Source: an uncultured Candidatus Saccharibacteria bacterium
GTDB lineage: Bacteria; Patescibacteriota; Minisyncoccia; Phycocordibacterales; UBA2100
Length of the DNA: 64,000 bases
Reading direction: 5' to 3'
Assembly: GCA_964648335.1 (NCBI GenBank)
Contig: CAZYLZ010000007.1
Coordinates: forward strand, 1,034 to 65,033
Shown here: positions 16,151-25,652 of the stretch, in pieces
Numbering within the stretch: the first letter of the stretch is position 1
Layout: each line of letters opens with the position of its first letter
Translations under genes and position numbers: made by a program
The notes under the pieces: model-generated
Databases searched by the model: none
What the model saw: only the letters and a program-made list of their open reading frames with translations
What the model was told of the DNA's origin: nothing

Positions 16151-17125
16151 ATGAACCCTACGCATCTTGCGGGACTCGCATTTCGCTTCGGGTTGGGTAC
16201 AGTTGTTTCGTGCAAGCGGATTGCAGAGGGCGTGCTTAACGATAATTACCTTCTCAAAACCACTGCTGCAAACTATTTCATCAAGCAGGTACGGGCGAAG
16301 CGGGTACCAGACGTACCATATATTGCCGCAGTCGAGTCGCTGATGGCGTCGCGCGAGATTCCGGCGATATGCATGCTGCGCGATCGCGACGGCAATCCTT
16401 CGGTCGCGTTCGAGGACAAGACGTACACACTCTATCCCTATGTCGCGAGCGACCGGTCGCATGCGTACATCGAGGCCGACTACGAACGTATGGGCGCGCT
16501 CTTGGCACGCATCCACGAAGTAGGAAGTCATGATATACCTCCGTTTTTACAAAGCCGCGCGTTTGCTCGCGCTGATGGCGATTTGGCACGATCAAGTCTC
16601 GAAGGGTATGCGCGAGAGCTGCGCGGACAGCCACAGAACAAGACTGATCGCGATTTCTTGGCATATATCGATCTCAAGCTGTCGCTCATGAATACGCCAA
16701 AGGCACCGGAGCTGCCAAACGTTACCTTGGGTCATGGCGATTATCATGCTGGCAACCTCCTTATCGACAAGAAGACCCGTGCGATAGTAGGCGTGTGCGA
16801 TTGGGAAAAAGCCGAGATGACGCCGAGGGCGTACGAGGTCGCCCGCTCGACTCTCTATACCTGTTTCGACGGTACTATCGCAGAAGAGAAGGCGGTACGC
16901 TTTTCGCGAGCATTCTTGCGGGGCTACCTGCGCGCAAACCCGCTCGACGAAAGCGAACTTCGTGCTGGCTTCGCCATGCGGTTCGAGCGTTCGGTACGTT
17001 CGAATTGGATTGAGGCGGCGTATTACGACCGCGGCGACTCTCGTTCGAACAAATTTATCGCGAGCGAGATGCGCACGCTCGAACGGTTCGTGCGTGGCGA
17101 CCTGCTCGAGAAGATCCTGTCTTGA
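16151..17125 (+). CDS. Phosphotransferase-family protein (APH / homoserine-kinase-II-like)
   Basis: The motifs LGHGDYHAGNLLID and GVCDWEKAE (Brenner's HGDxxxxN plus DxE) mark the kinase-like APH fold. Confidence 0.65.
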   Translation: MNPTHLAGLAFRFGLGTVVSCKRIAEGVLNDNYLLKTTAANYFIKQVRAKRVPDVPYIAAVESLMASREIPAICMLRDRDGNPSVAFEDKTYTLYPYVASDRSHAYIEADYERMGALLARIHEVGSHDIPPFLQSRAFARADGDLARSSLEGYARELRGQPQNKTDRDFLAYIDLKLSLMNTPKAPELPNVTLGHGDYHAGNLLIDKKTRAIVGVCDWEKAEMTPRAYEVARSTLYTCFDGTIAEEKAVRFSRAFLRGYLRANPLDESELRAGFAMRFERSVRSNWIEAAYYDRGDSRSNKFIASEMRTLERFVRGDLLEKILS

Positions 17126-17168
17126 TAACGCGCCTTGGCCCGACTGTGCCGCGGTATACTTATACCGA

Positions 17169-17906
17169 ATGAAGTCGTATCACGTGCGCATGTATCATCC
17201 GTTTCCCGCGATGCGCTCGTGGGAGCACCTGGTGGCGATCGCCGGCATCGTGGTGGTGCCGCTTCTCATGTTCGTGGGCTTCTCGCTCTTTACCGGAATT
17301 GCATTGCCGAGCGTGTTCGAGAATCTCGGCGTCTCGATCTACCGCATCGTCACTGCGCTCATCATCTCGATAGTGTTGGGTTGGACGGCTGCGGTTCTGT
17401 TTTATCATGGACCGCGCTCAAAGGTAGCGCTCCCAGCCTTCGATGTCTTGCAGAGCCTCCCAACATCGGCGACTTTGCCGATAGCGACATTGTACCTGGG
17501 TCCGAGCGACGCGACGGTCATCATCTTTCTGGTGTTTACGATCGTCTGGCCGATGTTCTTCACGGTGGTGAGTTCCCTCAAACAGGTACGAAAAGACTGG
17601 GTCGAGGCGGTGCAGATGTCACGGATATCGGGGTTCGATTATCTGCGCCTCTTCTTGGTGCCTGTCTCGGTTCCGGGACTCGTCACCGGAACCATCATTG
17701 GGCTCGGTGAAGGTTGGGAGACGCTCATCGCGACCGAGCTTATCGTGCATGCGCCGCGGGGCTTAGGATCGTTCTTCGATTCGTTCTCGACCGACATATG
17801 GTCTACCACCTTCGGTATCTTGGCACTTCTTGCGGTCATATTCGCAATCAACAAGCTCGTGTGGCTGCCACTGCTCGAATGGAGCCATACCCTCATAGAA
17901 GAATGA
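17169..17906 (+). CDS. ABC transporter permease (binding-protein-dependent inner-membrane component; NitT/TauT-like)
   Basis: Six hydrophobic helices. The EAA-like loop reads QMSRISGFDYLRLFLVPVSVPGLVTG. The stop overlaps the start of the ATPase gene. Confidence 0.7.
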   Translation: MKSYHVRMYHPFPAMRSWEHLVAIAGIVVVPLLMFVGFSLFTGIALPSVFENLGVSIYRIVTALIISIVLGWTAAVLFYHGPRSKVALPAFDVLQSLPTSATLPIATLYLGPSDATVIIFLVFTIVWPMFFTVVSSLKQVRKDWVEAVQMSRISGFDYLRLFLVPVSVPGLVTGTIIGLGEGWETLIATELIVHAPRGLGSFFDSFSTDIWSTTFGILALLAVIFAINKLVWLPLLEWSHTLIEE

Positions 17907-17907
17907 T

Positions 17908-18654
17908 ATGAAAAACGCCATCACCGTTTCAAATGTGCACAAGACCTATCTGCAGGGCGGCCACCGCGTCGAGGCGCTTAAGGATATCGATCTCACGATA
18001 GCCGAGGGCGAGTTCTTCGTGCTATTGGGCCCTTCGGGCTCGGGCAAATCGACGCTCTTGCGCATCATCGCGGGGCTCGACCATGCGACGTCGGGCACCG
18101 TCGCATTTGCGCCGGGGTTGTCTAACAACGACATTGCGTTTGTCTTTCAGCAGTTCGGTCTCTTGCCATGGCTGTCGGTCTCGGAAAATATCACCATGAA
18201 TCTTGTTGGTAGAAACGTGCCCGAAACCGATCAGCACGAAAAAACGAAGCGCGCCTTGGAAGAATTTGGTCTTGGCCGGTTCGCACATCATATGCCACGA
18301 GAGCTCTCCGGTGGGATGCGTCAGCGCGTGGGGCTTGCACGTGCGTTCGTAACCGAACCCAAAATCATATTTCTGGACGAGCCGTTCTCGGAACTCGATT
18401 TCTTTACCGCTGCGGAATTGCGTAAAGAACTGGTCACCTTGTGGCAGAAGACGGGCTGCACCATCGTGATGGTGAGTCACAACATTGCCGAGGCGATAGA
18501 GCTGGCGGACCGTATTGCCGTCTTTAGCGCCCGTCCGGGTACGGTACAGAGTCTCATACAAAACGATCTTAAGCGTCCGCGCTCGCCGCGCTCGAAGCCT
18601 TTTTTTGCCATGGAAGACGAGTTAACGGCGTTTCTTACCAAGGCAGCCGCATGA
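17908..18654 (+). CDS. ABC transporter ATP-binding protein
   Basis: Walker A GPSGSGKSTL, signature LSGGMRQRVGLARA, Walker B IIFLDEPFSELD. Confidence 0.9.
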   Translation: MKNAITVSNVHKTYLQGGHRVEALKDIDLTIAEGEFFVLLGPSGSGKSTLLRIIAGLDHATSGTVAFAPGLSNNDIAFVFQQFGLLPWLSVSENITMNLVGRNVPETDQHEKTKRALEEFGLGRFAHHMPRELSGGMRQRVGLARAFVTEPKIIFLDEPFSELDFFTAAELRKELVTLWQKTGCTIVMVSHNIAEAIELADRIAVFSARPGTVQSLIQNDLKRPRSPRSKPFFAMEDELTAFLTKAAA

Positions 18655-18920
18655 CCCGCACCACGAAGTACTTTGTCTATATATTGCTCTGTGACGATGA
18701 CAGTCTCTACACCGGAATCGCCAAGAATGTCGTGGCGCGGTACGAGCGTCACGTGGCCGGGACCGGAGCCCGCTATACGCGCTCTCACGCGCCGACCCGC
18801 ATCCTCTATACCGAGAAGCTGCCCTCACGCTCGGCCGCTCTCAAGCGCGAAGCCCAGATAAAACGGTACAAGCGAGAAAAGAAGCTCAAACTCTGTCTTG
18901 CCGAATCCACAGCGGCCTAA
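18651..18920 (+). CDS. Small GIY-YIG nuclease-domain protein (YhbQ/UPF0213-like)
   Basis: YFVYILLCDDDSLYTGIAKNVVARYERH...E..K.YK.EKKL. The ATGA overlaps the ABC ATPase stop. Confidence 0.7.
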   Translation: MTRTTKYFVYILLCDDDSLYTGIAKNVVARYERHVAGTGARYTRSHAPTRILYTEKLPSRSAALKREAQIKRYKREKKLKLCLAESTAA

Positions 18921-18974
18921 GAGGCGGTAGCGCATCCACTGATTTGGTATAGAATAATCCGATACTAATAATTT

Positions 18975-19406
18975 TTGCATACGCATATGGCGAAGTCAGC
19001 ACGAGCTAAATCAGGAAAGGCGAAGAAGGCAGTCAAGCCTGCAAAGAAAGCGGTCAAGAAGGCGGTAAAAAAAGCAGTAAAGAAAGTTGCTAAGAAAGTC
19101 GCCAAGAAGGGCGGCAGCAAGGTACGCTCGCAGGTGCGCTCTATCGTAAAGAAGAGCGTCGTCGGAGCACGCTCTGCAGCATCGAAGGCCGGCAAGGCAT
19201 CGAAGTCCGCGGCACAGAAGCTCAAGAAGAAGCTCCCGACCAAAGCACAGGTCCGCACCGCTACCAAAGCTGCGACCGTCGTTGCCGTCAGCACGGCAAA
19301 CCAGGCGCGTGGCATGCTCACCGACGCGCTCGAAGCTGCGTCTGACATGACAGAAGAGGCAATGAAGGGATTCGAAGAGGGTATCGACGACGCCAATCGC
19401 GCGTAG
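18975..19406 (+). CDS. Lysine/alanine-rich histone-H1-like (Hc1-like) nucleoid protein with tandem KKAVKK repeats
   Basis: AKSGKAKKAVKPAKKAVKKAVKKAVKKVAKKVAKKGGSK. The repeats are visible at nt ~19039-19110. The start may be 18987 instead. Confidence 0.6.
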   Translation: MHTHMAKSARAKSGKAKKAVKPAKKAVKKAVKKAVKKVAKKVAKKGGSKVRSQVRSIVKKSVVGARSAASKAGKASKSAAQKLKKKLPTKAQVRTATKAATVVAVSTANQARGMLTDALEAASDMTEEAMKGFEEGIDDANRA

Positions 19407-19417
19407 TCTGCAAGTTC

Positions 19418-19452
19418 AAAACCGCCCGTGCCACAGGGTACGGGCGGTTTTG
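19418..19452 (+). terminator. Hairpin accgcccgt-gccacagggt-acgggcggt followed by TTTTG
   Basis: 9-bp stem plus T-tract after the histone-like gene. Confidence 0.55.
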
Positions 19453-19508
19453 CATATGAAGCCGCGCCACATCCTGAAGGCTTACTCGAGCGATGGTATG
19501 ATATCTGC

Positions 19509-20711
19509 ATGAAAAAACTAGCGGCTTTTGCCACCGGCGTCATTGCCCTGTTACCAGCGACAATCGCGTTTGCAGACGCATCGGTCTCTATCGCAGGATT
19601 ATCGCCGGGCTCGACAGTCTCCGTGGGCGTGACTGTCTTCTTTAACGCAGCTCCGATCGAGTTTACCAATCCTACCTACGAGATTAGCGACTCGAACACA
19701 TCCTCGAGCCTGAGCCCAGGAGCCATCAACCAGTTCGGAGGTTTCGTCTGGACGCCAAAGGTCCAGGATGTCGGTTCTCATACGTTTACGCTCACCGCAC
19801 GCGACAGCCACGGGAATTCTGCATCGGTCACGCAGGCGATAACGGTCAACGCGCCGCCGTCGGCGAGTATTACTGGGTTATCGGCATCGAGCACAACTCC
19901 TGGAACACCGATAACATTTACGACGTCCGTCTCGGGGTACACCTCGCCCGTGTATTCGGTAACAGACTCGGTCCCGAGCAGTCTTTTGCCCACCGCCATC
20001 AGCTCTGCAGGATCGTTCTCGTGGACACCGAACCGCTATGACGTAGGGCTCCACACGATTTCTGTTTCGGTATCAGACTCTACCGGACTCCGTTCGGTTC
20101 TGCCACTCACGATCGAGGTCAAAAACGCGAGCATGAAGATTGGGCCGCTCTCGCCGGGGACTACGATCGCCGTAGGGAAGACGCTGGACTTCAGTGTCGA
20201 CGTCGTCGGGCTCTCCGAGCCGCGGTATCGCCTCGGCGATTCCTTCGCAGCGACCACTATGACGGACGCCAATGTCACGGCCTCGGGCACTGTCACTTGG
20301 ATTCCGACTGCGCGCGATATCGGATCACACAACATAACGGTCCGCGCCGAAGACAATACGGCAGCGGCTGCTTCGGCTAGTGTGCTCGTGTCGGTGGTGG
20401 GCGCGATTTCCAGCATGCCCCTTGTCGCACCGATGCCATCCTCGACTGCATCGAGTACCAAGCCAGTGACAAGATCCTCGTTCCTCTTTACAAAAAGGCT
20501 CGCACAGGGCTCGCGCGGAGTAGACGTCGTCGAATTACAGAAACTCCTCATTGCCAATGGCTATCTCAAGGGCGAAGCCACGGGCTACTTTGGCAGCATG
20601 ACGGTGGCTGCAGTCAAGAAGCTCCAAATCGTACTCAAGCTCGAACCTGTCGGTTCGGTGGGTCCGGGAACACGCGCCAAACTCAATGCGGGGATTCCTG
20701 CCTATATCTAG
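19509..20711 (+). CDS. Secreted protein with four Ig-like (~95 aa) repeats and a C-terminal peptidoglycan-binding domain
   Basis: Signal peptide MKKLAAFATGVIALLPATIAFA. The repeated units are SIAGLSPGSTVS.., SASITGLSASSTTPGTPITF.. and ASMKIGPLSPGTTIAVG... The C-terminus GSRGVDVVELQKLLIANGYLKGEATGYFGSMTVAAVKKLQ has the PG_binding_1 pattern. Confidence 0.65.
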   Translation: MKKLAAFATGVIALLPATIAFADASVSIAGLSPGSTVSVGVTVFFNAAPIEFTNPTYEISDSNTSSSLSPGAINQFGGFVWTPKVQDVGSHTFTLTARDSHGNSASVTQAITVNAPPSASITGLSASSTTPGTPITFTTSVSGYTSPVYSVTDSVPSSLLPTAISSAGSFSWTPNRYDVGLHTISVSVSDSTGLRSVLPLTIEVKNASMKIGPLSPGTTIAVGKTLDFSVDVVGLSEPRYRLGDSFAATTMTDANVTASGTVTWIPTARDIGSHNITVRAEDNTAAAASASVLVSVVGAISSMPLVAPMPSSTASSTKPVTRSSFLFTKRLAQGSRGVDVVELQKLLIANGYLKGEATGYFGSMTVAAVKKLQIVLKLEPVGSVGPGTRAKLNAGIPAYI

Positions 20712-20786
20712 GACACTATAATCGTGTAATGTCACCTATGATGGTGCGTCTTTACCTGTGATTACCAAGCAGTTAATTTCGCAACC

Positions 20787-22019
20787 ATGCATTCAAACAT
20801 TAGAACGATTCCCAATAGCCTCAAGGCTTCATTATTGGCACTTACAGTAGCGTCGGGTGTCGCTTTTGCGATGCCGGCATTTGCTGCTGTTGCACCCACT
20901 GTCACGGTGGGCGCTCACGATGGCTCGCATGCGACCACGACCACCGTACAGATAGGCCTTCCGGTTCACGCGGTGGGCTTTGTCGCGTCTACGTCAGGCG
21001 CGGTAGCGACCGGTACTGTCGACTTTGTCGTGTACACGGCATCAACCGCGTGCGTCGGCACCTCTACGACGCAGTCGGGCGTCGCGCTGATCAACGGCAC
21101 AACCGAATCAGCAGCGACCGTAATGCCGAATACCGGACTCTCGTTCCGCGTCCATTACAATGGTAATAACGACTACGTTCCTGCAGACAGTTCCTGTCTT
21201 GCGGTTAATCCTGCAAAACTCGTCCCAACCGTAACAAGCGATATCCGAAATGCATCAAACGCAAGCGTCTCAAGCGTGTCTCCAACCACGACGGTCCGCG
21301 ACTTCGCTACCGTAACCGGTTCTGGCGCACAGCCCACGGGCACCGTCGACTTTACCTTCTATAGCGATCTCGCCTGTACGCTCGCTCCGCTTGCATCAGG
21401 CTCGGGCGTGGCACTTCTCGGATCGAATGCTACTTCGAGCGATCAGACTCCTGTAGTCCCTGGCTCATACTCGTTCAAGGCGCACTATAACGGTGATGCA
21501 AACTACGCAGCAAAAGACGCCAACTGCATGCCACTCACGGTAACCGGCACGACCCCGACTCCAACACCGACCACCACTCCGTCGACCCCAGGATCCATAA
21601 CCGGCCGCGTCTTCAACGACCTCAACAAGAACCGCACCTTCGACACCGGCGACACGGGACTTGCAGGATGGACCGTCTCCTTGCACCAGGTCGCATCATC
21701 GACTCCATGGTGGAGGCGCGCGATGGGTCGTTTGTACAACTCGCCGATCATAGCTACGGCAGTCACTGATGCAAACGGCAACTACTCGTTCGCTAATCTT
21801 GCCGCAGGTACGTACTTTGTCGAAGAGATGCTCCAGAAGAACTGGCGCCAGACGACACCTGATACGAAAGTGGTCCTCTCAACTGCTACTGCCTCGGGCC
21901 GAGTCGACTTTGCCAACAACGATAAAATCAAGAAGGTAAAGCAGATCAAGCACGAGAAAGAAGACAAGAAAGAGAATCGTGGAAACTCTGGTCATGGCCG
22001 AAGCGGTCGCGACGACTAA
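20787..22019 (+). CDS. Secreted repeat protein with a C-terminal Cna-B/SdrD-B-like domain and a basic tail
   Basis: Signal peptide. Two ~110-aa repeats (..TGTVDFVVYTAS..HYNGNNDY.. and ..TGTVDFTFYSD..HYNGDANY..). A TPTPTPTTTPSTP linker. GRVFNDLNKNRTFDTGDTGLAGWTVSL...TDANGNYSFANLAAGTYFVEE is a Cna-B-type fold. Confidence 0.6.
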   Translation: MHSNIRTIPNSLKASLLALTVASGVAFAMPAFAAVAPTVTVGAHDGSHATTTTVQIGLPVHAVGFVASTSGAVATGTVDFVVYTASTACVGTSTTQSGVALINGTTESAATVMPNTGLSFRVHYNGNNDYVPADSSCLAVNPAKLVPTVTSDIRNASNASVSSVSPTTTVRDFATVTGSGAQPTGTVDFTFYSDLACTLAPLASGSGVALLGSNATSSDQTPVVPGSYSFKAHYNGDANYAAKDANCMPLTVTGTTPTPTPTTTPSTPGSITGRVFNDLNKNRTFDTGDTGLAGWTVSLHQVASSTPWWRRAMGRLYNSPIIATAVTDANGNYSFANLAAGTYFVEEMLQKNWRQTTPDTKVVLSTATASGRVDFANNDKIKKVKQIKHEKEDKKENRGNSGHGRSGRDD

Positions 22020-22037
22020 TCCAAACGATTACTCAGT

Positions 22038-22064
22038 AAAAGCGCCCTATGTGGGGCGCTTTTA
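22038..22064. terminator. Hairpin agcgccc-tatgtg-gggcgct plus TTTT between convergent genes
   Basis: Seen directly. Confidence 0.55.
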
Positions 22065-23087
22065 TCGTATCAGCATACCGTCTCCGAACGAGAAGAACTT
22101 GAATCCTCTGGTAAGGGCAAGTGCGTAGAGTGCCAAGAGCCTTTCGCGGCCGACCAACGCAGACACGAGCATAAGCAATGACGACCTGGGTACGTGAAAG
22201 TTCGTTACAAGGCCGGTCGCGACCTTGAAGCGATATCCCTCTTGGATAAAAAGCGAAGTGATGCCTTTGGCTGCTGGGATTTTCTTGGCATATACGCTCT
22301 CGAGCGTACGCAGCGCCGTGGTGCCTACCGGAATAATCGGGCGGCCGGCTTTGCGAGCACGTTCAATCTTGGCTAGCGATGCCTTAGTAACCTCGTAATA
22401 CTCCGTATGCAACCGCTTGGTGTCGAGATGCGTCTGCGTAAGCGGCGCGAAGGTGCCCATACCAACGTGCAGCGTTACGGTAGTACTGTCAAAGCCTGCC
22501 TTTTTGAGCTTTGCTATAAGGCCTTTCGTAAAGTGCAAGGACGCAGTGGGTGCGGCAACGGAGCCGGCAGACTTTGCAAATACTGTCTGGTACTTGGTGC
22601 GCAGTTCTTTTTCCGAAAGCTTCGTCTGCTTGAGGTAGGGTGGGATGGGCGTCGTCCCGTATTTTTGCAGCACCGCAGCGAACGGTTTGGTGCCGATATA
22701 CCTAAGATGGTAGACGCTCTCGTTCTTTGCGGTCACCGCCAGCGACCCATTCGAATCGATGGAGAGCACGGTACCTATTGCGAGGGTGCGCGGCGAAAGG
22801 GCAGTGATCTCGCTGGCATTAAAAGAAAGACACAAGAGCTCGACCTTGCCGCCGGTCGGTAGGAAGCTAGGGAGGCGTGCAGGGATTACCTTGGTATCGT
22901 TAAAAACGAGGAGAGTATTCTTGGGCAGATACTGAGCCAGATTTCGAAACGTATCAAACGAGACTTCTTTGGTGGTGCGGTCGTACACCAACAGCTTTGC
23001 CACATCGCGTGGCATCGTCGGCTCGAATGCAATCGAGGCCTCAGTTATTGGGTAGTCGTATTGGGAGAGTTCCTGCTCGAGGTCCAT
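22062..23087 (-). CDS. queA: S-adenosylmethionine:tRNA ribosyltransferase-isomerase
   Basis: Sequence LSQYDYPITEASIAFEPTMPRD..KLLVYDR..NDTKVIPARL...LHVGMGTFAP.. across its full 341 aa is characteristic of QueA. Confidence 0.9.
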   Translation of the reverse strand: MDLEQELSQYDYPITEASIAFEPTMPRDVAKLLVYDRTTKEVSFDTFRNLAQYLPKNTLLVFNDTKVIPARLPSFLPTGGKVELLCLSFNASEITALSPRTLAIGTVLSIDSNGSLAVTAKNESVYHLRYIGTKPFAAVLQKYGTTPIPPYLKQTKLSEKELRTKYQTVFAKSAGSVAAPTASLHFTKGLIAKLKKAGFDSTTVTLHVGMGTFAPLTQTHLDTKRLHTEYYEVTKASLAKIERARKAGRPIIPVGTTALRTLESVYAKKIPAAKGITSLFIQEGYRFKVATGLVTNFHVPRSSLLMLVSALVGRERLLALYALALTRGFKFFSFGDGMLIR

Positions 23088-23133
23088 AGGCTTGCACTGT
23101 ACCGGTAAATGATAAAAAGAAAAGCAAGCAAAA

Positions 23134-23154
23134 TCCCCGGCTGTGTAAGCCGGG
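23134..23154 (-). terminator. Hairpin ccccggc-tgtgtaa-gccgggg with a U-tract on the minus strand
   Basis: It lies 3' of the 75-aa gene. Confidence 0.5.
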
Positions 23155-23163
23155 GACGGAAAT

Positions 23164-23391
23164 TCAAGCTGCGAGAACGGTCGAGATCACAATGCCGAGA
23201 TCATCCAGGCGCAGGTGGATCTCTCCGGAATGGTGGACCGTCATCACGGCGCTTCTTTCGCCGGGGTCTTCGACGGCTTTCCTGATCGCCTCAAGATACG
23301 ACTCGAGAAGGAGTCGCTTGTTCTCGTCTAAGATGATTACTATTGGTGCCGGCACCGAAGTCGCTACGGCGGTCTCTTCGAGAGATGTCAT
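23164..23391 (-). CDS. Hypothetical small protein (75 aa) between tgt and queA
   Basis: Intact ORF in the queuosine operon context. No family recognised. Confidence 0.4.
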   Translation of the reverse strand: MTSLEETAVATSVPAPIVIILDENKRLLLESYLEAIRKAVEDPGERSAVMTVHHSGEIHLRLDDLGIVISTVLAA

Positions 23392-23451
23392 GGATGCCTC
23401 GTAGGGTTGATGCTGGACGAACTATACGATGAATTATTTTTTGCAAGAAAA

Positions 23452-24600
23452 TCAGATCTCGTCGTTCTTTATCTTCTCGCGCAGGTCTGCCGCGAGCTTG
23501 TTGAGGTAAAAGACGTTGTGGATGGTCGCGAGCTTCATGCCGGTAAGCTCTTTTGCGCGAATGAGGTGGCCTACAAAACTGCGTGAATAGTTTTGACACG
23601 TAGGGCATGCGCAATTGGGGTCTATGGCAGTCATGTCGTCGAGAATGGTCGCCTTCTTGAGGTCGATGCGGCCCACGCTCGTAAACGCAGTGCCATGGCG
23701 TGCGTAGTGGGTAGGCGCGATGCAATCGAAGGTGTCCGCACCGGACTCCATGATGTACGGAAAGTCTTCGGGGTGCCCGACTCCCAAGAGGTGACGCGGC
23801 TTTTCTTTGGGCAATGCGTCAGTCACGTGCGAAACGTTAAGAGCCAGGCTTTCTTTGTCGTAACCGAACTCGCCACCGATTCCATAGCCGTCAAAGTCCA
23901 TCGCACCTAATATCTGGGCACTTTCGATGCGCATGTCTTTAAAGCTGCCGCCCTGCACGATGCCGTAGAGGGCCTGCGTTTTGGAAGTGCGTGCGTCCAA
24001 ACACAACTGCGCCCAGCGATGCGTCTTGTCGATAGACTTCCTCATGTACTCGGCATTGGCGAGTGGGGAAGGGCATTCGTCGAAGGCAAACATGATGTCG
24101 GCACCGATGTCCTGCTGTATCTCGATCGAAATCTTAGGGCTTAGGTATACCTTGTGTCCGTCGATAGGCGAGGGGAACTCGACGCCGTCTTCGGTGATCT
24201 TGATGTTCTTGGGTTTTGAGTGCTGCTCGAGCGTCTTTTCTCCCGGATCTTTTAGTATCTTGCCGACGCCATGATCGCGGCCGAAGCCAAAGCTAAACAC
24301 CTGGAATCCGCCCGAGTCGGTCATGATGGGCCGCTTCCAATTCATGTACTTGTGCAATCCGCCCGCCTTCTTGATTATCTTTTCGCCAGGAGTGAGGTGT
24401 AGGTGAAAGGTGTTGGCGATGAGCATCTGCGAACCTAAGACTGCGGTCTCTTCGTTGTCGAGCGTGCGCAAGGCGCCGCGAGTGGCGACGGGCACGAATG
24501 ATGGTGTCTCGACCTCGCCGTGCGGCGTCTTTAATATGCCAAGTCGTGCGCGGCTCTTCTTAGATTCTTTCAGTATGGAAAACTCGAATCCTTGTGACAT
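23452..24600 (-). CDS. tgt: Queuine tRNA-ribosyltransferase
   Basis: FEFSILKESKKSRARLGILKTPHGEVETPSFVPVATRGALR...GGFQVFS... and the zinc site CxCxxC..H (CACPTCQNYSRSFVGH). The start is taken at MSQGFEF. Confidence 0.9.
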   Translation of the reverse strand: MSQGFEFSILKESKKSRARLGILKTPHGEVETPSFVPVATRGALRTLDNEETAVLGSQMLIANTFHLHLTPGEKIIKKAGGLHKYMNWKRPIMTDSGGFQVFSFGFGRDHGVGKILKDPGEKTLEQHSKPKNIKITEDGVEFPSPIDGHKVYLSPKISIEIQQDIGADIMFAFDECPSPLANAEYMRKSIDKTHRWAQLCLDARTSKTQALYGIVQGGSFKDMRIESAQILGAMDFDGYGIGGEFGYDKESLALNVSHVTDALPKEKPRHLLGVGHPEDFPYIMESGADTFDCIAPTHYARHGTAFTSVGRIDLKKATILDDMTAIDPNCACPTCQNYSRSFVGHLIRAKELTGMKLATIHNVFYLNKLAADLREKIKNDEI

Positions 24601-24671
24601 GGTAGCTAGGATACTGTGATTATACGAATGTGCAAAGAAAAACGACCCCGCAAGCGGGGCCGTCGATGTAG

Positions 24672-25082
24672 TTACTTCTTGCCTGGCCACCAGGCTTTCC
24701 AATCGACGCCCGGCAATGACGGCGTGTATTCGCGCGCCTGCTTGAGCGTTTTGGTAAAACGGTCGCCAACGATCGCATTGAAGTCAGCAATCGATTTCGC
24801 CAGTACCTCGGCACCGCTTTTGGAATGCATCTTGACGATATACCAATAGAGCATACCGAGGTTCTGCATCTCTTGGGTGCTGCGCCAACCAGTCTCGGCG
24901 CGCGGCTGTAAGAACAGCACCATTTCAGGGATACGCCGGTCTTCATCGGTTGGCGGTACTGATGCCTCCGCCAGCGCTTTCGCGTGCGCGAGGATGGCGA
25001 TTCGCGAACGCTTTCCGTCTTCGCTTGGATCGATGGCGAGCCAGGCGAGGTAGGCGGTCACCATGACAGGAACACGAATCAT
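24672..25082 (-). CDS. Hypothetical protein (136 aa)
   Basis: RBS AAGGAGA upstream. No family recognised. Confidence 0.45.
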   Translation of the reverse strand: MIRVPVMVTAYLAWLAIDPSEDGKRSRIAILAHAKALAEASVPPTDEDRRIPEMVLFLQPRAETGWRSTQEMQNLGMLYWYIVKMHSKSGAEVLAKSIADFNAIVGDRFTKTLKQAREYTPSLPGVDWKAWWPGKK

Positions 25083-25167
25083 CGAGGTTCTCCTTGTAAT
25101 CGTGGTCAGTCATTGCAGATGCAATGCCATGCATCTTGTAACACAATTATTGCTACAAGTATAAACG

Positions 25168-25196
25168 GCCCAGGACGAATTTGTCATGGGCCGCTT
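25168..25196 (-). terminator. Hairpin cggccca-(14 nt loop)-tgggccg
   Basis: It lies 3' of the gene ending at 25200. This is a weak terminator. Confidence 0.35.
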
Positions 25197-25199
25197 TCG

Positions 25200-25652
25200 C
25201 TATCGATGCTTACCGTCGAAGTCATCGTCGGTCGGCGGCTTCTTCGAACCCAGGATGGCATCGATGAGCGTGTTATACGCAGTCGACGTCATTGTCCCTA
25301 TGGCGCCGGTCGCACTTTTTGCATGTTGTGTAGTGGTAAAGCGAACGAGATCGACGAAGGTTTTTTGTGCCTCGATCGACTTCCACCCTTCGTCTGCTGT
25401 GTGACGCAGAATCCCTATTTGACGCGATCGGCGCCAAAATACCTCGAGGTCATGCTCGGGAGTCTTTGTAAATTCGCGTAACACTTCTTCGGCGTGATCG
25501 AGATACTCGTGGCGTTTGCGGCGACCTAAAGGCGCATACACGAACCAACCGGCATACCCGGCGCTAAACGCGATGAGCTTTACGCCGATGATCGCTTTTC
25601 CGAGAGCCATAAATGGCTTCCAGGAGAGGGTGGGAGGCATGACAGGGGTCAT
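25200..25652 (-). CDS. Hypothetical membrane protein (150 aa)
   Basis: GGAG 6 nt upstream of the ATG (MTPVMPP). TM segment LGKAIIGVKLIAFSAGYAGWFVYAPL. Confidence 0.45.
   Translation of the reverse strand: MTPVMPPTLSWKPFMALGKAIIGVKLIAFSAGYAGWFVYAPLGRRKRHEYLDHAEEVLREFTKTPEHDLEVFWRRSRQIGILRHTADEGWKSIEAQKTFVDLVRFTTTQHAKSATGAIGTMTSTAYNTLIDAILGSKKPPTDDDFDGKHR

Noticed and set aside
18965-19669. 234-aa minus-strand ORF opposite the histone-like gene
   Set aside because: It is the reverse-complement reading of the KKAV repeat (FFTAFFTAF...), which is low-complexity.
23164-23391. Whether the 75-aa ORF between tgt and queA is YajC
   Set aside because: It has no TM helix or YajC-like sequence. It is left as hypothetical.
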